From Deltaproteobacteria bacterium (GTDB lineage Bacteria > Myxococcota > Kuafuiibacteriia > Kuafuiibacteriales > Kuafuiibacteriaceae): DNA of 64,000 nucleotides. Location of the stretch: positions 32,001 through 96,000 of the forward strand of contig JAVJQW010000062.1 of NCBI GenBank assembly GCA_040218735.1, read 5' to 3'. Below are positions 18,742 to 30,145 of the stretch, piece by piece; position 1 is the first letter of the stretch; every line of letters starts with the position of its first letter. The notes under the pieces are model-generated. The model searched no databases. It was not told where the DNA came from and was given only the letters and a program-made list of their open reading frames with translations. The translations under genes were made by a program, and so were the position numbers.

Positions 18742-20451
18742 ATGGTGCTCCCCCGCGAGGTCTTTCTCCGCCACCACGACGGCGCCGCCGTCGGGCCGCT
18801 CCTGACGCGAGACCTCGAAGTCCTCTTCGACAGCCGCGTCGTCGACGAGGGGACGTGGGTCTCGCACGACGGCACCGCCTTCAAGACGCTCCGCGAGTGG
18901 CCGGAGCTCCTCGCGCGCCTGCTCGAGGTCAAGGAGATGCTCGGCATCGGCGGCGACCCTTGGGCCAACGCCGAAGACCTCGATAGCGGCCCGCGCACGG
19001 CGGCCGACGACGACGCGAGCCTCCTCCGCGTCCTCCTCGACACCGCCATCAGCAAGGCCAGCGGACACCTGATGCTCGAGGACGGCGACGGCAAGCTCAC
19101 CGTCACCTTCAAGGACGGGAAGGTCGGCACCATCGACACCGACATCCCCGCGCTGTCGCTCGAGTCCTACCTCCTCAAACACAAGATCTGCGACGCCGAC
19201 GCCATCGCGACCGGCAAGGAGCGCGCGCCCGCGATGGGCGGCGACCTCGGCGCCGCGCTGATCTCCACCGGCGCCGTGCAACCGCACGAGTGGTTCGAGA
19301 AGCTCGTCGCCTGGGCGTACGAGACCCTCGCGAGCGCGGTGAGCCGCGAATTCGACCGACGCAGCTTCGAAGCCGCCGACGTCCCCGCCCCCCCGGTGCC
19401 GCTCGGGATGGACCGGCTCGGCGTCTCGTTCGAGCTCGTCCGGCGCCTCGAAAACGCGCGCCTGGTCGAGCTCGTCGAAGCGTCCGGCGGGTGCCCGGTG
19501 ATCCCGTCGCAGGTGGAGGGGGTCACGATCGAGGACACCAAACCCAAGCCGCGCGAGCTCCGCGTCCTCAACGCGATCGACGGCGTGAAGACGGTCGACG
19601 AGCTCCTCGAAGCCAACGGAGGCGACGAGAAGGCCACGCGCTGGGTTCGCCAGGCCATCTACTACGCGGTGCGGACGGGCTTCGCCGTGCTCGGCGAGGA
19701 CCCGCGCCTCAAGAAGGAGCGGGAGGAAGCCGTCGCGCTCCTCGAGAAGTACGAGCGCATGCGCGAGCAGACGATGTTCGACCTCCTCAACGTCACGGAG
19801 AAGTCGACCGACGAGGAGGTCCGCGCCCGGTACACCGAGTACGCGAAGCTGTACCACCCCGACACGTTGCGCTCGAACGCCGCCGAGGAGCTGCTCGAAG
19901 CGCGCAAGCGAGTCTTCGAGCTGATCGGCGAGGCATTCGAGGCCGTCGACACCGAGGACAAACGCTTTCAGTACGCGCACGACCTCGAGCAGGGGCTCGT
20001 CGGCTCCAGCCAGGACCTTCAGAAGGTGCAAGACGCCTTGCAGTCGGAGACGCTGTTCAAGAAGGCGGAGATCCTGCTGCGCGTGAAGAAGTACAAGGAG
20101 GCGTTGCAGCACATCGAACAGGCGATTCAGCTCAACGACGACGACATCGAGTTCAAGGTCCTCCGTTCGTACATCGTCTACCTCGACGCGGCGAAACAGG
20201 GGGACGCCGTCCCGGCCGCGACCGCCGCGATCAAACACATCCTCGCGTTGATGAAGAACAACGCGAACATTGCGAGCGGCTACCTCTACCTCGGCCACCT
20301 CAACAAGGTCGTCGACAAGGGCCCGCTCGCGATCAAGTACTTCGAGAAGGTCCTCGAGTACGACGAGAACCATCCGGAGGCGCTCCGCGAGGTCCGCATC
20401 GCGCGTCTGCGCGAGAGCAAGAAGAAGAAGAAGAAACGTTGGCCGCTCTGA
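18742..20451 (+). CDS. DnaJ-domain protein with GYF-like N-terminus, DUF4388-like middle and TPR repeats
   Basis: Start MVLPREVF; J-domain with YHPD; C-terminal TPRs (AIKYFEKVLEYDENHPEA). Confidence 0.8.
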   Translation: MVLPREVFLRHHDGAAVGPLLTRDLEVLFDSRVVDEGTWVSHDGTAFKTLREWPELLARLLEVKEMLGIGGDPWANAEDLDSGPRTAADDDASLLRVLLDTAISKASGHLMLEDGDGKLTVTFKDGKVGTIDTDIPALSLESYLLKHKICDADAIATGKERAPAMGGDLGAALISTGAVQPHEWFEKLVAWAYETLASAVSREFDRRSFEAADVPAPPVPLGMDRLGVSFELVRRLENARLVELVEASGGCPVIPSQVEGVTIEDTKPKPRELRVLNAIDGVKTVDELLEANGGDEKATRWVRQAIYYAVRTGFAVLGEDPRLKKEREEAVALLEKYERMREQTMFDLLNVTEKSTDEEVRARYTEYAKLYHPDTLRSNAAEELLEARKRVFELIGEAFEAVDTEDKRFQYAHDLEQGLVGSSQDLQKVQDALQSETLFKKAEILLRVKKYKEALQHIEQAIQLNDDDIEFKVLRSYIVYLDAAKQGDAVPAATAAIKHILALMKNNANIASGYLYLGHLNKVVDKGPLAIKYFEKVLEYDENHPEALREVRIARLRESKKKKKKRWPL

Positions 20452-21041
20452 GGGTCGCGGCCGTCGCCCTCACCGCGTTCGCCTCGACGGGCTGTACGGA
20501 CTGGCGTGAGAAGGTGCGGCCGGGCCTCGCTTCCGGCCCGGTCCAGACCCCCGTGGAGGCCGTGCCCTCCGCGCTGCAGTTCGGCGCGACGAAGGCTTCG
20601 CTGCTCGCGCGTGCGCACTACGAGACGACCGCGTGGGTCGTCGCCGTCGACGACGACTTCGACGATGGCCTCGAAGAGGTGATGCCGCTCGACGTCGCGC
20701 TCGCGTGGGGGCCCCTCGGCAACCCGGACATCCTCGAGACGATGTCGTTCCACCTCGCGCGGCGGTACGTCTCCGCGCGATGGGACGGTGAGATGCCGCT
20801 CGCGAACGACGTCGTGATGCAGCACCTCTCGAACCACCACCTCGTGTTCTCCAGCGAGGCCCTGCGCGCGCAGCTCGAAGACGTCGAGCCGGGAGAGCTG
20901 CTCGAGCTCGAGGGGCACCTCGTCGACATCGACCTCGGGCACCGAAAGGTCCGCACCAGCCTCAGCCGCAAGGACAAGGGTAACGGCGCGTGTGAGGTGC
21001 TCTTCGTCGAGCGCGCCGTGCGCTCGCGCCCCGGTCACTGA
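20439..21041 (+). CDS. Hypothetical lipoprotein
   Basis: TTG start overlapping the previous gene; TGC lipobox; PLDVALAWG, SNHHL, GHLVDI and GACEVLFV motifs look like a conserved family. Confidence 0.6.
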   Translation: MAALRVAAVALTAFASTGCTDWREKVRPGLASGPVQTPVEAVPSALQFGATKASLLARAHYETTAWVVAVDDDFDDGLEEVMPLDVALAWGPLGNPDILETMSFHLARRYVSARWDGEMPLANDVVMQHLSNHHLVFSSEALRAQLEDVEPGELLELEGHLVDIDLGHRKVRTSLSRKDKGNGACEVLFVERAVRSRPGH

Positions 21042-21415
21042 ACGTCGGCGAGCACCCGGGTGTCGGTGAACTGATCGAAGCGAACGATGCGCCCGTCCTC
21101 CACGCGGTAGGCGTGCGCGAAGGGGACCTCCACGGTCCGCCCGGCACCGTCGACGAGCACGTAGCGCCCCAGCGCGACGACGCGATCCCCGTCGGCGACC
21201 AGCTCGTCGACCCGCGCCGCGAAGTCCTTCCACCGGCGGCGGTTCCCGCGCAGCACCCCCTCCAGCACCTCGGCGCGCCCCCGGCGCACGTCGCCACCGG
21301 GGAATCCGGCCATCTGGGCCCAGACGACCTCGGAGTGCAGGAGCGCTTCGATCTTCGGTTCGTCACGCGCGGCGAACGCCTCGTACAGGTGGCTCACGAT
21401 GTCTCGATTCGTCAT
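21035..21415 (-). CDS. SnoaL/NTF2-like protein
   Basis: MTNRDIVSHLYEAFAARD...DGDRVVALG...FAHAYRVEDGRIVRFDQFTDT. Confidence 0.85.
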   Translation of the reverse strand: MTNRDIVSHLYEAFAARDEPKIEALLHSEVVWAQMAGFPGGDVRRGRAEVLEGVLRGNRRRWKDFAARVDELVADGDRVVALGRYVLVDGAGRTVEVPFAHAYRVEDGRIVRFDQFTDTRVLADVQ

Positions 21416-21484
21416 GCAAGGTAGCTTGCGCCCCGGCGCGGCGATCGACACGTGCCGAGTCGGCAAGGCGGGGTTGCGTTTAGC

Positions 21485-22390
21485 TCAAGTGACGGCGCGA
21501 GCGACTTGCGTGCGCAGCCACCGGTGGGCCGGGTCGTTTCGGAAGATCTCGTGCCAGCCCATGCTCATCGTGAAGCCCCGAATCTCGACAGGCGCGCGGA
21601 GCACACGCAGGGGGTGGTTCGCCGCGAGGTACCGCCCCCACCGCCTCGGCACGGCGGCGACGCGCGCGGTGCCGACGAGGAGGTGAGGCACCATCAGGAA
21701 CGACGTCGCGAGCACCGACACCCGACGCGTCACCTCGAGCTCGGCGAGCGCGTCGTCGACCACCCCGCCCCGCTCGCCGCGCGGCGCGACCAACACATGA
21801 TCGAGCGCCGCGTACCCCTTCGGCGTGAGGCGACGAGCGGGGTGGTCGGCCGCCACGAGACACACGTAGTCCTCGGCGTACAACGGGGTCCACACCACGC
21901 CCGCGCTGGACGTGTGTCGCGGGTAGATCGACAGATCCAGCGTCCCGGCGTCGAGCTCGCGGTCGGTGCGCGGGCTGCGGTGGTGCAGCTCGATCTCCAC
22001 GTGCGGCGCTTCGTCGGCGAACCGCGCGATCATCGGTCCGAGCAAGGCGGCTTGCACGTAGTCGACGCCGGCGATCCGAAAACGGCGGTCGGAGGTCGCC
22101 GGGTCGAACGTCGGCGCGCTCGTAACCAGGCGCTCGACCTCCGCGAGGAGCTGCGCGAGCGGCGCGGCGAGCGCCTCCGCCCGCTGCGTCGGCGTCAGCC
22201 CGCGGCCGGTGCGCACGAACAGCTCGTCGTCGAGCAGGACCCGGAGACGCGCGAGCGCACGGCTCACTCCGGACGGCGTCTGGTTCAAACGACGCGCAGC
22301 CGACGTGACACCCCCCTCTTCGAGCAGCGCGGAGAGCACGACGAGGAGGTTGAGGTCGATTCCGGAGAGTTGCGCCATCCGCAACATCAT
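21485..22390 (-). CDS. LysR-family transcriptional regulator
   Basis: IDLNLLVVLSALLEEGGVTSAARRLNQTPSGVSRALARLR..DELFVR HTH; FDPATSDRRFRIA; DPAHRWLR. Start at 22390, 22387 or 22378. Confidence 0.92.
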   Translation of the reverse strand: MMLRMAQLSGIDLNLLVVLSALLEEGGVTSAARRLNQTPSGVSRALARLRVLLDDELFVRTGRGLTPTQRAEALAAPLAQLLAEVERLVTSAPTFDPATSDRRFRIAGVDYVQAALLGPMIARFADEAPHVEIELHHRSPRTDRELDAGTLDLSIYPRHTSSAGVVWTPLYAEDYVCLVAADHPARRLTPKGYAALDHVLVAPRGERGGVVDDALAELEVTRRVSVLATSFLMVPHLLVGTARVAAVPRRWGRYLAANHPLRVLRAPVEIRGFTMSMGWHEIFRNDPAHRWLRTQVARAVT

Positions 22391-22400
22391 CGGACTACCC

Positions 22401-22415
22401 TTGCGTCTGCAGCAA
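22401..22415. promoter_or_regulatory. Putative LysR binding box (TTGC-N7-GCAA, contains T-N11-A)
   Basis: ttgcgtctgcagcaa lies in the short divergent LysR/GNAT spacer. Confidence 0.55.
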
Positions 22416-22426
22416 CACTCGACACG

Positions 22427-22963
22427 ATGCCCGCACCGACCGATGCTGTGTCCATGCCCTGGTACCGCGGCCCCGAGACCGAGCGCCTCATCCTCCGCGC
22501 CGCGACCGTGGACGACGCGCCCGCGCTGTACGTGATGAACAGCGACCCCGAGGTCATGCGTTACACCGGCGAGCCCATGCCCGCGTCGGTCGACGTGATG
22601 CGAAAGATGATCGCCGACTACCCGGACTTCGAACGCCACGGCTACGGCCGCTGGGTGTGCGAGGAGAAGGCGACCGGCGAGGTCATCGGCTTCGCGGGGC
22701 TCAAGTACCTCGAAGACTTCGGCGAGGTCGACGTGGGCTACCGCCTCCGCCGCACCTGGTGGGGCCGCGGCCTCGCGACGGAGGCGGCGCGCGCGTGCCT
22801 CGACTTCGGGTTCGAGGCGATCGGCCTCGAAGAGATCGTGGCGTTCGTCGAGCCGGAGAACGCCGCGTCCGTGCGCGTCGCCGAGAAGCTCGGGATGCAG
22901 CTCGCCGGCCCCTTCGACTACGACGGCACCCCGTGCCTGCGCTACGTGCGGCGGCGGCGCTAG
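22427..22963 (+). CDS. GNAT N-acetyltransferase (RimJ/RimL type)
   Basis: ETERLILR, VGYRL..WWGRGLATEAA, ENAASVRVAEKLGM. Start at 22427 or 22454. Confidence 0.9.
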   Translation: MPAPTDAVSMPWYRGPETERLILRAATVDDAPALYVMNSDPEVMRYTGEPMPASVDVMRKMIADYPDFERHGYGRWVCEEKATGEVIGFAGLKYLEDFGEVDVGYRLRRTWWGRGLATEAARACLDFGFEAIGLEEIVAFVEPENAASVRVAEKLGMQLAGPFDYDGTPCLRYVRRRR

Positions 22964-25956
22964 GGCGGCGGCGCGGCGTCGACGTCCTGGGTCGCGGCGT
23001 CGAAGCGCTCGAAGTACTCCAACCCGTCGCGGTACTGCCCGTCGTAGTACGTGATGCGCCCGGCGTAGTAGAGCACCGACGGGTTCGCGGCGACGAAGGT
23101 GTCGTCGTTGACGACCTTCTCGATGAGGTAGGTCGCGTCGATGAAGCGGTCGCGGCGGTAGCAGAGGAACGCGTATAGGAAGCGATGCGCGAGGCTCTTG
23201 TCCTCGACGCCGTCCTCCGACTCCAGGATCGCGAGCGCGTCGCGGTCGTTGCCGCGCATCATCGTGTACGCCGCGAGCACGTAGTTTTCGTCGTCCTTCG
23301 TGGTGGCGTCGGCGACCACCACGGCCTGGCTGTCCGCTTCGTCGACGTAGCCGATCATTCGGCGGAGGAACGTCACGTCCGCGCCCTCCAGGCGCGCCTC
23401 CTCCGCGAAGCGCTTCGCGTCCTTCAAGCGCCCCTGCCCCAACAACGCGCGCGCCGCTTCGGCGTAGAACCGCGGGTCGGCGTCGAACCCCACGAAGTAC
23501 CGCCCCATCTGATCCAGCCGCGCGCCCTCCATCTGCACGATGAACGGCAGGTCCGGGTCCGACGACGCAAACGTCAACAAGTCGCGCGGCGCCGCGTACT
23601 CGATCAGGGAGTTGTCGTCCGTGTTGAGCGGACCGGGTCCGACGAGGCGCGGGATGTCTTCGCCACCCACGAGGAACAGCCCGATCATGTCCTCGGGCCG
23701 CCGCACCTCCGCGCGCTCCAGCTCCTTGCGCAGCGCGGGGTCGTCGAGCATCGCGGAGAGCCGCTTGCGGTCGAGCTTCAGCGGGTGGCGTGCCCCGACG
23801 AGGAACGTGTCGTTGCTCCGCGGGTCCGGCGTGAACATCACGACGTACTCGAACGACGCGTGGAACGTTCGGATCAGCGCGTGGATGTTGTCGGGGCCGA
23901 GCTCGTAGAGCTGGAGCCACTGCAGGAAGACGCCGTCCTTCGCGAGGCGGGACTTCGCGATCGCGAAGAAGTCCTGCGTGAACAAGCTCGCGGCGCCCGT
24001 CATCCACGGGTTCGACGGCTCGCTGATGATCACGTCGAAGCGCCGCTCCGGGTTGCGGAGCAGGAAGTTCCGGCCGTCGTCGACGACGAGCGACGCGCGC
24101 GGGTCGTCGAAGGGGCGGTGGTTCACGTGCGCGAAGTGAGTGTTCGACGCCTCGTAAACCGCCGACTCGATCTCCGCGACCGTCACCTTGTCGACCGGCG
24201 CCTGCAGCACCGCCCCCGGCGTCACGCCGGAACCGTACCCGATCACGAGGACGTCCTTCGGGTCGGGGTGCAACATCACCGGCAGCAGCCCCGAGAGGAT
24301 CTGCGTGGGCATGTCGCCGATGTCGCTCGCGTCGACCTTGCCGTTGACCTTCAGCGAGACGCCGACGCCGTCGTCCTGGCGCTCGACGGTGACGGACGTC
24401 GCGACGCCGTCCTCGTGAAAGACGACCTGTCCGTGCGGCGACCAGCCGTCGCGATAGACGTTCGTCGCGAGGTACATGCGGAACAGCCCCGCCGTCCACG
24501 AACGCACGTCCCACCGCGGCCCGAACGCGATCAGGGCCGCGCCGAGCGCCGCGACGACGGCGACGCGTTTCAGGGTCTTCGGGCGCTCCATCGCGAGCGC
24601 GACGCCGAGCACGATGCTCGTCGCGGCCGCCACGTGGATGCCGCGCTCCACGCCGAGAACCGGCAGCATCACGAACCCGCCGAGGAAGCTGCCGACGATC
24701 GAGCCCAGCGTGTTCAGCGCGTACGCCTTCCCGACGATCGGTCCGGCGTGATCGACGCCGGTCGGGGCGATGATTCGCACCACGAGCGGCATCACCGCGC
24801 CGAGCGCGATCGTCGCCGGTAACATCACGGCCGCAGCGATGAGGAAGTTCGTGAAGTAGATCTGCGTCATCGTGACGCCAGCGGAGCGCGCGACCGCGTG
24901 GAGCCACAGCGGTAAACGATCCGCGAAGGCGGTGGTCAGGATCGCGGTGATGCCCACGATGACCTCCACGGCCGCGAGCCACGACACAGGATCACGCAGG
25001 CGATCGATGCGCCTCGTCATCCAGGCGGCGCCGACCGCCAACCCGACGAGGAAGGTCGTGAGGATCAGCGTGAACGAATAGGTGCTCGCGCCGATCACTA
25101 CGCCCACCAGACGCGAGCACAGCACTTCGAGCGCCATCGCCGCCGCGCCCGACACGCCGAACCCGAGGAGCGCGAGCTTGCGTTCGCGCGACGACACCTC
25201 GATGACCGGCGCTTCGATGATCTCGTGCAGCACGTCGTCCGGGCGGTCGCGCTTCAGCCGCAGTAGGAGCGCCTCGCCGCCGATGGAGCCGAGCGCGACG
25301 ACCGCGACCGCGACGAACAGATCGATCGCCGCGGCCAGGTACACCGTGGTCGTGATGCCGAGCGCAGGGATGAGGACGAACCCCGCACCGAAGGCCCCCG
25401 CCACGGCGCCGAAGGTGTTGGCGGCGTAGAGGCGCCCGACGTCCGAGGCGATCTGCTCAGAGCGCTTCACGACCCCCTCCGCGAGGATCGGGAGGGTCGC
25501 CCCCATCGCCGTGGTGGGGATGATCAGGATGAGCGCGACGAAGCCGAAGCGCGCGACGGCGTACGCCCAGAACCCCGAGTCGGCGGACGTCACGGAGGCG
25601 AGGAGCGCCGGCATGAACCCGAGCAGCGTCGGCACCAACAGGCCGTAGAGCCCCACCGACGTCTCCAGAACCGCGAACGCCAACAGGGGACGCCGAAGCC
25701 GCGGCGCGTAACGGCCGCCGAGGTGGCTCCCCAGCGCGAGGCCGCCCATGAACACAGTGAGCGTCGTGGAGATCGCAAGCGCGGTTGCACCAAAGACGTG
25801 CCCGAGCATGCGGGTCCAGAGCACCTGCAGGATTAGCGCAGCCGCGCCCGAGAGGAAGAAGCAGATCGCGACCGGCACGCCCGGCGGCGAGCTTGGCACG
25901 GATGGCGGTTCGCGTCTCGTGCCTCCGGTTGACGTCGGTTCGCCCGTTATGAGCAC
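22960..25956 (-). CDS. Fused MFS-like membrane / spermidine synthase protein with TPR-like tail
   Basis: FFLSGAAALILQVLWTR, LYAANTFG, VLVIGYGSGVT, DGRNFL, DVIISEPSNPW. Start may be a GTG near 25878-25899. Confidence 0.88.
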   Translation of the reverse strand: MLITGEPTSTGGTRREPPSVPSSPPGVPVAICFFLSGAAALILQVLWTRMLGHVFGATALAISTTLTVFMGGLALGSHLGGRYAPRLRRPLLAFAVLETSVGLYGLLVPTLLGFMPALLASVTSADSGFWAYAVARFGFVALILIIPTTAMGATLPILAEGVVKRSEQIASDVGRLYAANTFGAVAGAFGAGFVLIPALGITTTVYLAAAIDLFVAVAVVALGSIGGEALLLRLKRDRPDDVLHEIIEAPVIEVSSRERKLALLGFGVSGAAAMALEVLCSRLVGVVIGASTYSFTLILTTFLVGLAVGAAWMTRRIDRLRDPVSWLAAVEVIVGITAILTTAFADRLPLWLHAVARSAGVTMTQIYFTNFLIAAAVMLPATIALGAVMPLVVRIIAPTGVDHAGPIVGKAYALNTLGSIVGSFLGGFVMLPVLGVERGIHVAAATSIVLGVALAMERPKTLKRVAVVAALGAALIAFGPRWDVRSWTAGLFRMYLATNVYRDGWSPHGQVVFHEDGVATSVTVERQDDGVGVSLKVNGKVDASDIGDMPTQILSGLLPVMLHPDPKDVLVIGYGSGVTPGAVLQAPVDKVTVAEIESAVYEASNTHFAHVNHRPFDDPRASLVVDDGRNFLLRNPERRFDVIISEPSNPWMTGAASLFTQDFFAIAKSRLAKDGVFLQWLQLYELGPDNIHALIRTFHASFEYVVMFTPDPRSNDTFLVGARHPLKLDRKRLSAMLDDPALRKELERAEVRRPEDMIGLFLVGGEDIPRLVGPGPLNTDDNSLIEYAAPRDLLTFASSDPDLPFIVQMEGARLDQMGRYFVGFDADPRFYAEAARALLGQGRLKDAKRFAEEARLEGADVTFLRRMIGYVDEADSQAVVVADATTKDDENYVLAAYTMMRGNDRDALAILESEDGVEDKSLAHRFLYAFLCYRRDRFIDATYLIEKVVNDDTFVAANPSVLYYAGRITYYDGQYRDGLEYFERFDAATQDVDAAPPP

Positions 25957-25964
25957 GTCGCCGC

Positions 25965-27092
25965 GTGCGTTTCGGGGTCTACGTCGCGACCTTCGCCGCC
26001 CTCGCCGGAGGGTGTCGCGACGCGTCGAAGAAGAGCGGAGGCCAACGGCCAGCGGCCGTCTCGGTCACCGCGATCGAACGCGGGAGCATCGCGCTGTCGC
26101 GCACCCTCAGCGGGACGCTGCAGGCCCCGGACGCAATCGTCGTCGCGGCCCAGACCGAAGGGCTCGTCGTCGAGGTCACCGCCGACCTCGGTGACACGAT
26201 CGAATCGGGCCGCGTGCTCGTGCGCCTCGACGACCGTCCGCAGCGCCAGCTCGTCTCCCAGGCGACGGCGGAGCGCGCCGTGGCGGAGGCCAACCACGCC
26301 GAAGCGCAGCGCGCGCTCGCGCTCGCCAAGCGGGATCTTCAGCGCGTCGAGAAGCTCGCGCAGCGCGGGGTCAGCTCCGAGGCCCAGCTGGACGCAGCGC
26401 GCGCGAACGACAACGCGAAGTCGGCGCAGGTCGAGGTCACGGCGGCGCACGTGAAGCGCGCGACGGCGGCGCTCGAGGCGGCGCGGATCGCGCTGAGCCA
26501 GACGAAGATCGCAGCGACGTGGTCCGGCGACGCGAAGCGTGTCGTGGCGGAGCGGTTCGTCGACGTCGGCGCGTTGGTCTCGGCGAACAGTCGCCTGATG
26601 TCCGTGGTGCAGCTCGACCCGATCGAAGCGGTCGTCTTCGTCGCGGAGAAGGACTACGCGCGGCTCCGCGTCGGACTCCGCGCGCAGCTCGTCGTCGACG
26701 CGTTCCCGCAGGAGAAGTTCGAAGCACGGGTCGCGCGCATCGCGCCGGTGTTCTCGGAGTCTTCGAGGCAGGCGCGCGTCGAGCTGTCGGTGGACAACGC
26801 CGAGGGGCGCCTCAAGCCGGGTATGTTCGTGCGCGCGACGATCGGGCTGGCGGAGGTCGACGACACCCTCCTCGTCCCCGTCGAGGCGATCACCACCCGC
26901 GATACGAAGACCGGCGTGTTCCTCCTGACCGACGACGACACCGTCGCGTGGCGACCGGTGAAGATCGGAATCGGCGACGGGCGTCGCGTTCAGCTCCTCG
27001 ACGGCCCGGACCGCGGGCGAGTCGTGACGCTCGGGCACCAACTCCTCGACGACGGATCGAAGGTCACGATCCCCGACGGCGCCGCCCCGTGA
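25965..27092 (+). CDS. RND efflux periplasmic adaptor (MFP)
   Basis: AGGC lipobox, lipoyl-like halves, LKPGMFVRA. Confidence 0.9.
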   Translation: MRFGVYVATFAALAGGCRDASKKSGGQRPAAVSVTAIERGSIALSRTLSGTLQAPDAIVVAAQTEGLVVEVTADLGDTIESGRVLVRLDDRPQRQLVSQATAERAVAEANHAEAQRALALAKRDLQRVEKLAQRGVSSEAQLDAARANDNAKSAQVEVTAAHVKRATAALEAARIALSQTKIAATWSGDAKRVVAERFVDVGALVSANSRLMSVVQLDPIEAVVFVAEKDYARLRVGLRAQLVVDAFPQEKFEARVARIAPVFSESSRQARVELSVDNAEGRLKPGMFVRATIGLAEVDDTLLVPVEAITTRDTKTGVFLLTDDDTVAWRPVKIGIGDGRRVQLLDGPDRGRVVTLGHQLLDDGSKVTIPDGAAP

Positions 27093-30000
27093 ACCTGCCT
27101 GGCTTCTCCGTTCGGCGTCCGGTGCTGACGTCGATGGTCACGTCGATCGTCGCGCTCCTCGGCTTCGTCGCGGTTCAGCGCCTGCAGATCGATCTGCTCC
27201 CGAACATCGAGCTGCCGACCGTCTCCGTGCGCACCGAGTACGCCGGCGCGAGCCCCGAGGTGATGGAGCGGCTCGTCACGCAGATCGTCGAGGAGATCGT
27301 CGCGACGGTGCCGGGCGTGGTGGAGCTGAGGTCGCAATCGGCGCAGGGCAACAGCGAGGTCCAGGTGACGTTCGGCTGGGGCACGGACGTCAACGCCGCG
27401 GCGCTCGACCTGCAGGGCACGCTCGAAGACGAGATCAACGAGCTGCCCGAGGAGATCACGCGACCGAACGTTCGCAAGTTCGACATCGCGAGCTTCCCGG
27501 TCGTGCTGCTCGGCATCAGCAGCAAGCTCGACCCGATCGAGCTCACGGAGATCGTCGAGAACCAGCTCCGCCACCGCTTCTCCCGCATCCCCGACATCGC
27601 GCAGGTCGACCTGTGGGGCGGCTACCCGCGCGAGGTCCGCATCGAGCTCGACCCGGAGCGCGTGAAGGCGCTCGCCCTCCCCCTCGACCAGATCCTCGGC
27701 GCGATCGGCGACGCCAACCTCGACCTCCCCGCCGGCAAGCTCGAAGCCGGCCGCCTCGAGGTCACGCTGCGCGCCCCGGCCGAGTACCAGAGCGTCGAAG
27801 AGATCCGTCAGACGGTGGTCGCGACCTCCAACGGCGCGGCGGTGACGCTCGGGCAGATCGCCCGCATCCACGACACCTACGAGAAGCTCACCCGCATCGT
27901 CCGGGTGAACGGCGACCTCGGCATCCGGCTCGCGATCCGCAAGCAGGCCAACGCCAACACCGTCGAGGTGTCGCGGCGGGTGCTGGAGGTCGCGGACCAG
28001 ATCAACGCCGAGTTCCCGCAGGTGAAGATCGTCCCGGTCATCAACCAGGGCAACTTCATCGAGCGGTCGATCGAAAACGTCGCGAAGTCCGTCCTCTACG
28101 GCGGCCTCCTCGCGGTCTTCATCCTGCTGTTCTTCCTCGCGAGCCTCCGGAGCACCGGCGTCATCGGCGTGTCGATCCCGGTTTCGATCCTCGCGACGCT
28201 CGCGATGATCTACTTCGCCGGCCTCACCATCAACCTGACCACGCTCGGCGGGCTCGCGCTCGGCGTCGGCATGATGGTCGACAGCTCGATCGTCGTCCTG
28301 GAGAACGTCTTCCGGCGCCGCGACGAGGACCGCGAGACCCTCGTCGTCGCCTCCGTCACCGGCGCGCGCGAGGTCGCGGGTGCGATCGTCGCGAGCACGA
28401 TCACCACCCTCGTCGTCTTCCTCCCGCTCGCGTTCGTGCGCGGCGTGTCGGGGCTGCTGTTCTCCGAGCTCGCGTACGTCGTCGTGTTCTCGCTGGTGTG
28501 TTCGCTGGTGGTGTCGCTGACGTTGCTGCCGATGCTCGCGTCGCGCCTCCTCGCGAGTGAGACCGAGCCGCCGCCGTGGGCGCAGCGCGCGAAGCTCCTG
28601 CTGCAGCGCCTCAACGTCGCGTACCTCCGTGTCCTCGAGCGCGCGCTGACGCGACCCCGCCTCGCCATCGGGAGCGCCGTCGCGCTCCTCGCGGCGAGCC
28701 TCCTGCTCGCGCCGCTGATCGGCACCGAGTTCCTCCCGCCGAGCGACGAAGGTGAGGTCCGGATCCAAGGCGAGATGGAGGTCGGGACACGCCTGTCGCT
28801 CGTCGACCGGCAGACACAGAAGATGGAGCGCATCGTCACGCCGGCGGTGCCCGAGGCGATCGCGTCCGTCGTGAACGTCGGCGCGTCGGGGCGGCGCCCG
28901 GAGCAGGCGTCGCAGGGGCAGATCCAGCTGTCGATCGGCTCCGCCGCGGATCGGGATCGCTCGAACACCGAGATCGCGGCCGATCTCCGCAAGCGGCTCG
29001 AAGGTCAGATCCCCGGGATGCGCATCCGCGTCCGTGCGCCACAGGGTAGCTTCATCCTGGAGCGGGTGCTCGGCGGCGAGGAGGGGCTCGCGATCGAGAT
29101 CCGCGGGTTCGATCTCGAACGCCTCGACGCCCTCGGTCAGGTCGTCGCGGCGGCGGTGCGCGACGTCGACGGGATCACCGACGTCGAGGTCACCCGCGAG
29201 GCCGGCATCCCGCAGGAGGAGATCCATATCGACCGCGCGAAGGTCGCCGACCTCGGGCTCACGGTGCGCGACGTGACGCAGGCGATCCAGACCGCCGTGG
29301 CCGGCTCCGAAGCGGGGGAGTACCGCAAAGAGGGCAACTCGTACCGCATCCTCGTGCAGCTCGCGGACGTCGAGGAGCTCTCCCTCGACGAGGTGCTCGG
29401 CCTGACGCTCCGCACCGCGAACGGCGAGGCGGTCACGATCGGGAGCGTCGTCGACACCCGGGCTTCGCTCGGACCGCTCGTCATCCACCGCAAGAACCAG
29501 CAGCGCATCGTGACGGTGAACGCCAACGTCGCGGGGCGGGACCTCGGCTCCGTCGCGAGCGACGTCGAGGCGCGCCTCGCGCAGGTGCCGCGCCCGGCCG
29601 GCTACGAGGTCACGGTGTCGGGCGCGTTCGAGGAGCAGGAGAAGGCGTTCTCGGAGCTCCTGGTCTCGCTCGCGCTCGCGCTGTTGCTCGTCTACATGGT
29701 CCTCGCGTCGCAGTACGAGTCGCTGCGCGATCCGCTGATCGTGATGCTGTCGGTCCCGCTCGCGACGATCGGCGTGTTGGTCACGCTGTTCCTCACCGGC
29801 ACGACGCTCAACGTGCAGTCGTACATCGGGTGCATCATGTTGGGCGGCATCGTCGTGAACAACGCGATCCTGCTGGTGGATCAAGCGGGCGCCTTGATGC
29901 GCGACGGACGCTCGTCACGGGAGGCCGCGACGGAGGCCGGGCGTCGCCGCCTCCGCCCGATCCTGATGACCACCGCGACGACGATCCTCGGGCTGCTCCC

Positions 30001-30145
30001 CCTCGCGCTCGGCATCGGCGAAGGCGCCGACGCGCAGGCGCCGCTCGCGCGCGCGGTGATCGGTGGGCTCCTCGGGTCGACGCCCGTGACCCTCGTGCTC
30101 ATCCCCGCCGTGTTCATGCTCGTGCACCGCAAGGACGCGTCGTGA
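27089..30145 (+). CDS. RND efflux permease (AcrB/AcrD/AcrF family)
   Basis: GTG at 27089 overlaps the MFP stop; [41 protein letters not shown]. Confidence 0.95.
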   Translation: MNLPGFSVRRPVLTSMVTSIVALLGFVAVQRLQIDLLPNIELPTVSVRTEYAGASPEVMERLVTQIVEEIVATVPGVVELRSQSAQGNSEVQVTFGWGTDVNAAALDLQGTLEDEINELPEEITRPNVRKFDIASFPVVLLGISSKLDPIELTEIVENQLRHRFSRIPDIAQVDLWGGYPREVRIELDPERVKALALPLDQILGAIGDANLDLPAGKLEAGRLEVTLRAPAEYQSVEEIRQTVVATSNGAAVTLGQIARIHDTYEKLTRIVRVNGDLGIRLAIRKQANANTVEVSRRVLEVADQINAEFPQVKIVPVINQGNFIERSIENVAKSVLYGGLLAVFILLFFLASLRSTGVIGVSIPVSILATLAMIYFAGLTINLTTLGGLALGVGMMVDSSIVVLENVFRRRDEDRETLVVASVTGAREVAGAIVASTITTLVVFLPLAFVRGVSGLLFSELAYVVVFSLVCSLVVSLTLLPMLASRLLASETEPPPWAQRAKLLLQRLNVAYLRVLERALTRPRLAIGSAVALLAASLLLAPLIGTEFLPPSDEGEVRIQGEMEVGTRLSLVDRQTQKMERIVTPAVPEAIASVVNVGASGRRPEQASQGQIQLSIGSAADRDRSNTEIAADLRKRLEGQIPGMRIRVRAPQGSFILERVLGGEEGLAIEIRGFDLERLDALGQVVAAAVRDVDGITDVEVTREAGIPQEEIHIDRAKVADLGLTVRDVTQAIQTAVAGSEAGEYRKEGNSYRILVQLADVEELSLDEVLGLTLRTANGEAVTIGSVVDTRASLGPLVIHRKNQQRIVTVNANVAGRDLGSVASDVEARLAQVPRPAGYEVTVSGAFEEQEKAFSELLVSLALALLLVYMVLASQYESLRDPLIVMLSVPLATIGVLVTLFLTGTTLNVQSYIGCIMLGGIVVNNAILLVDQAGALMRDGRSSREAATEAGRRRLRPILMTTATTILGLLPLALGIGEGADAQAPLARAVIGGLLGSTPVTLVLIPAVFMLVHRKDAS

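Noticed and set aside
7859-29884. Very long antisense or alternate-frame ORFs (e.g. 7859-10750, 10513-12900, 21485-24982, 26990-29884)
   Set aside because: Shadow ORFs expected at high GC. They are Arg/Ala/Pro-rich, lack motifs and overlap well-supported genes. Only sub-parts, such as LysR, are real.
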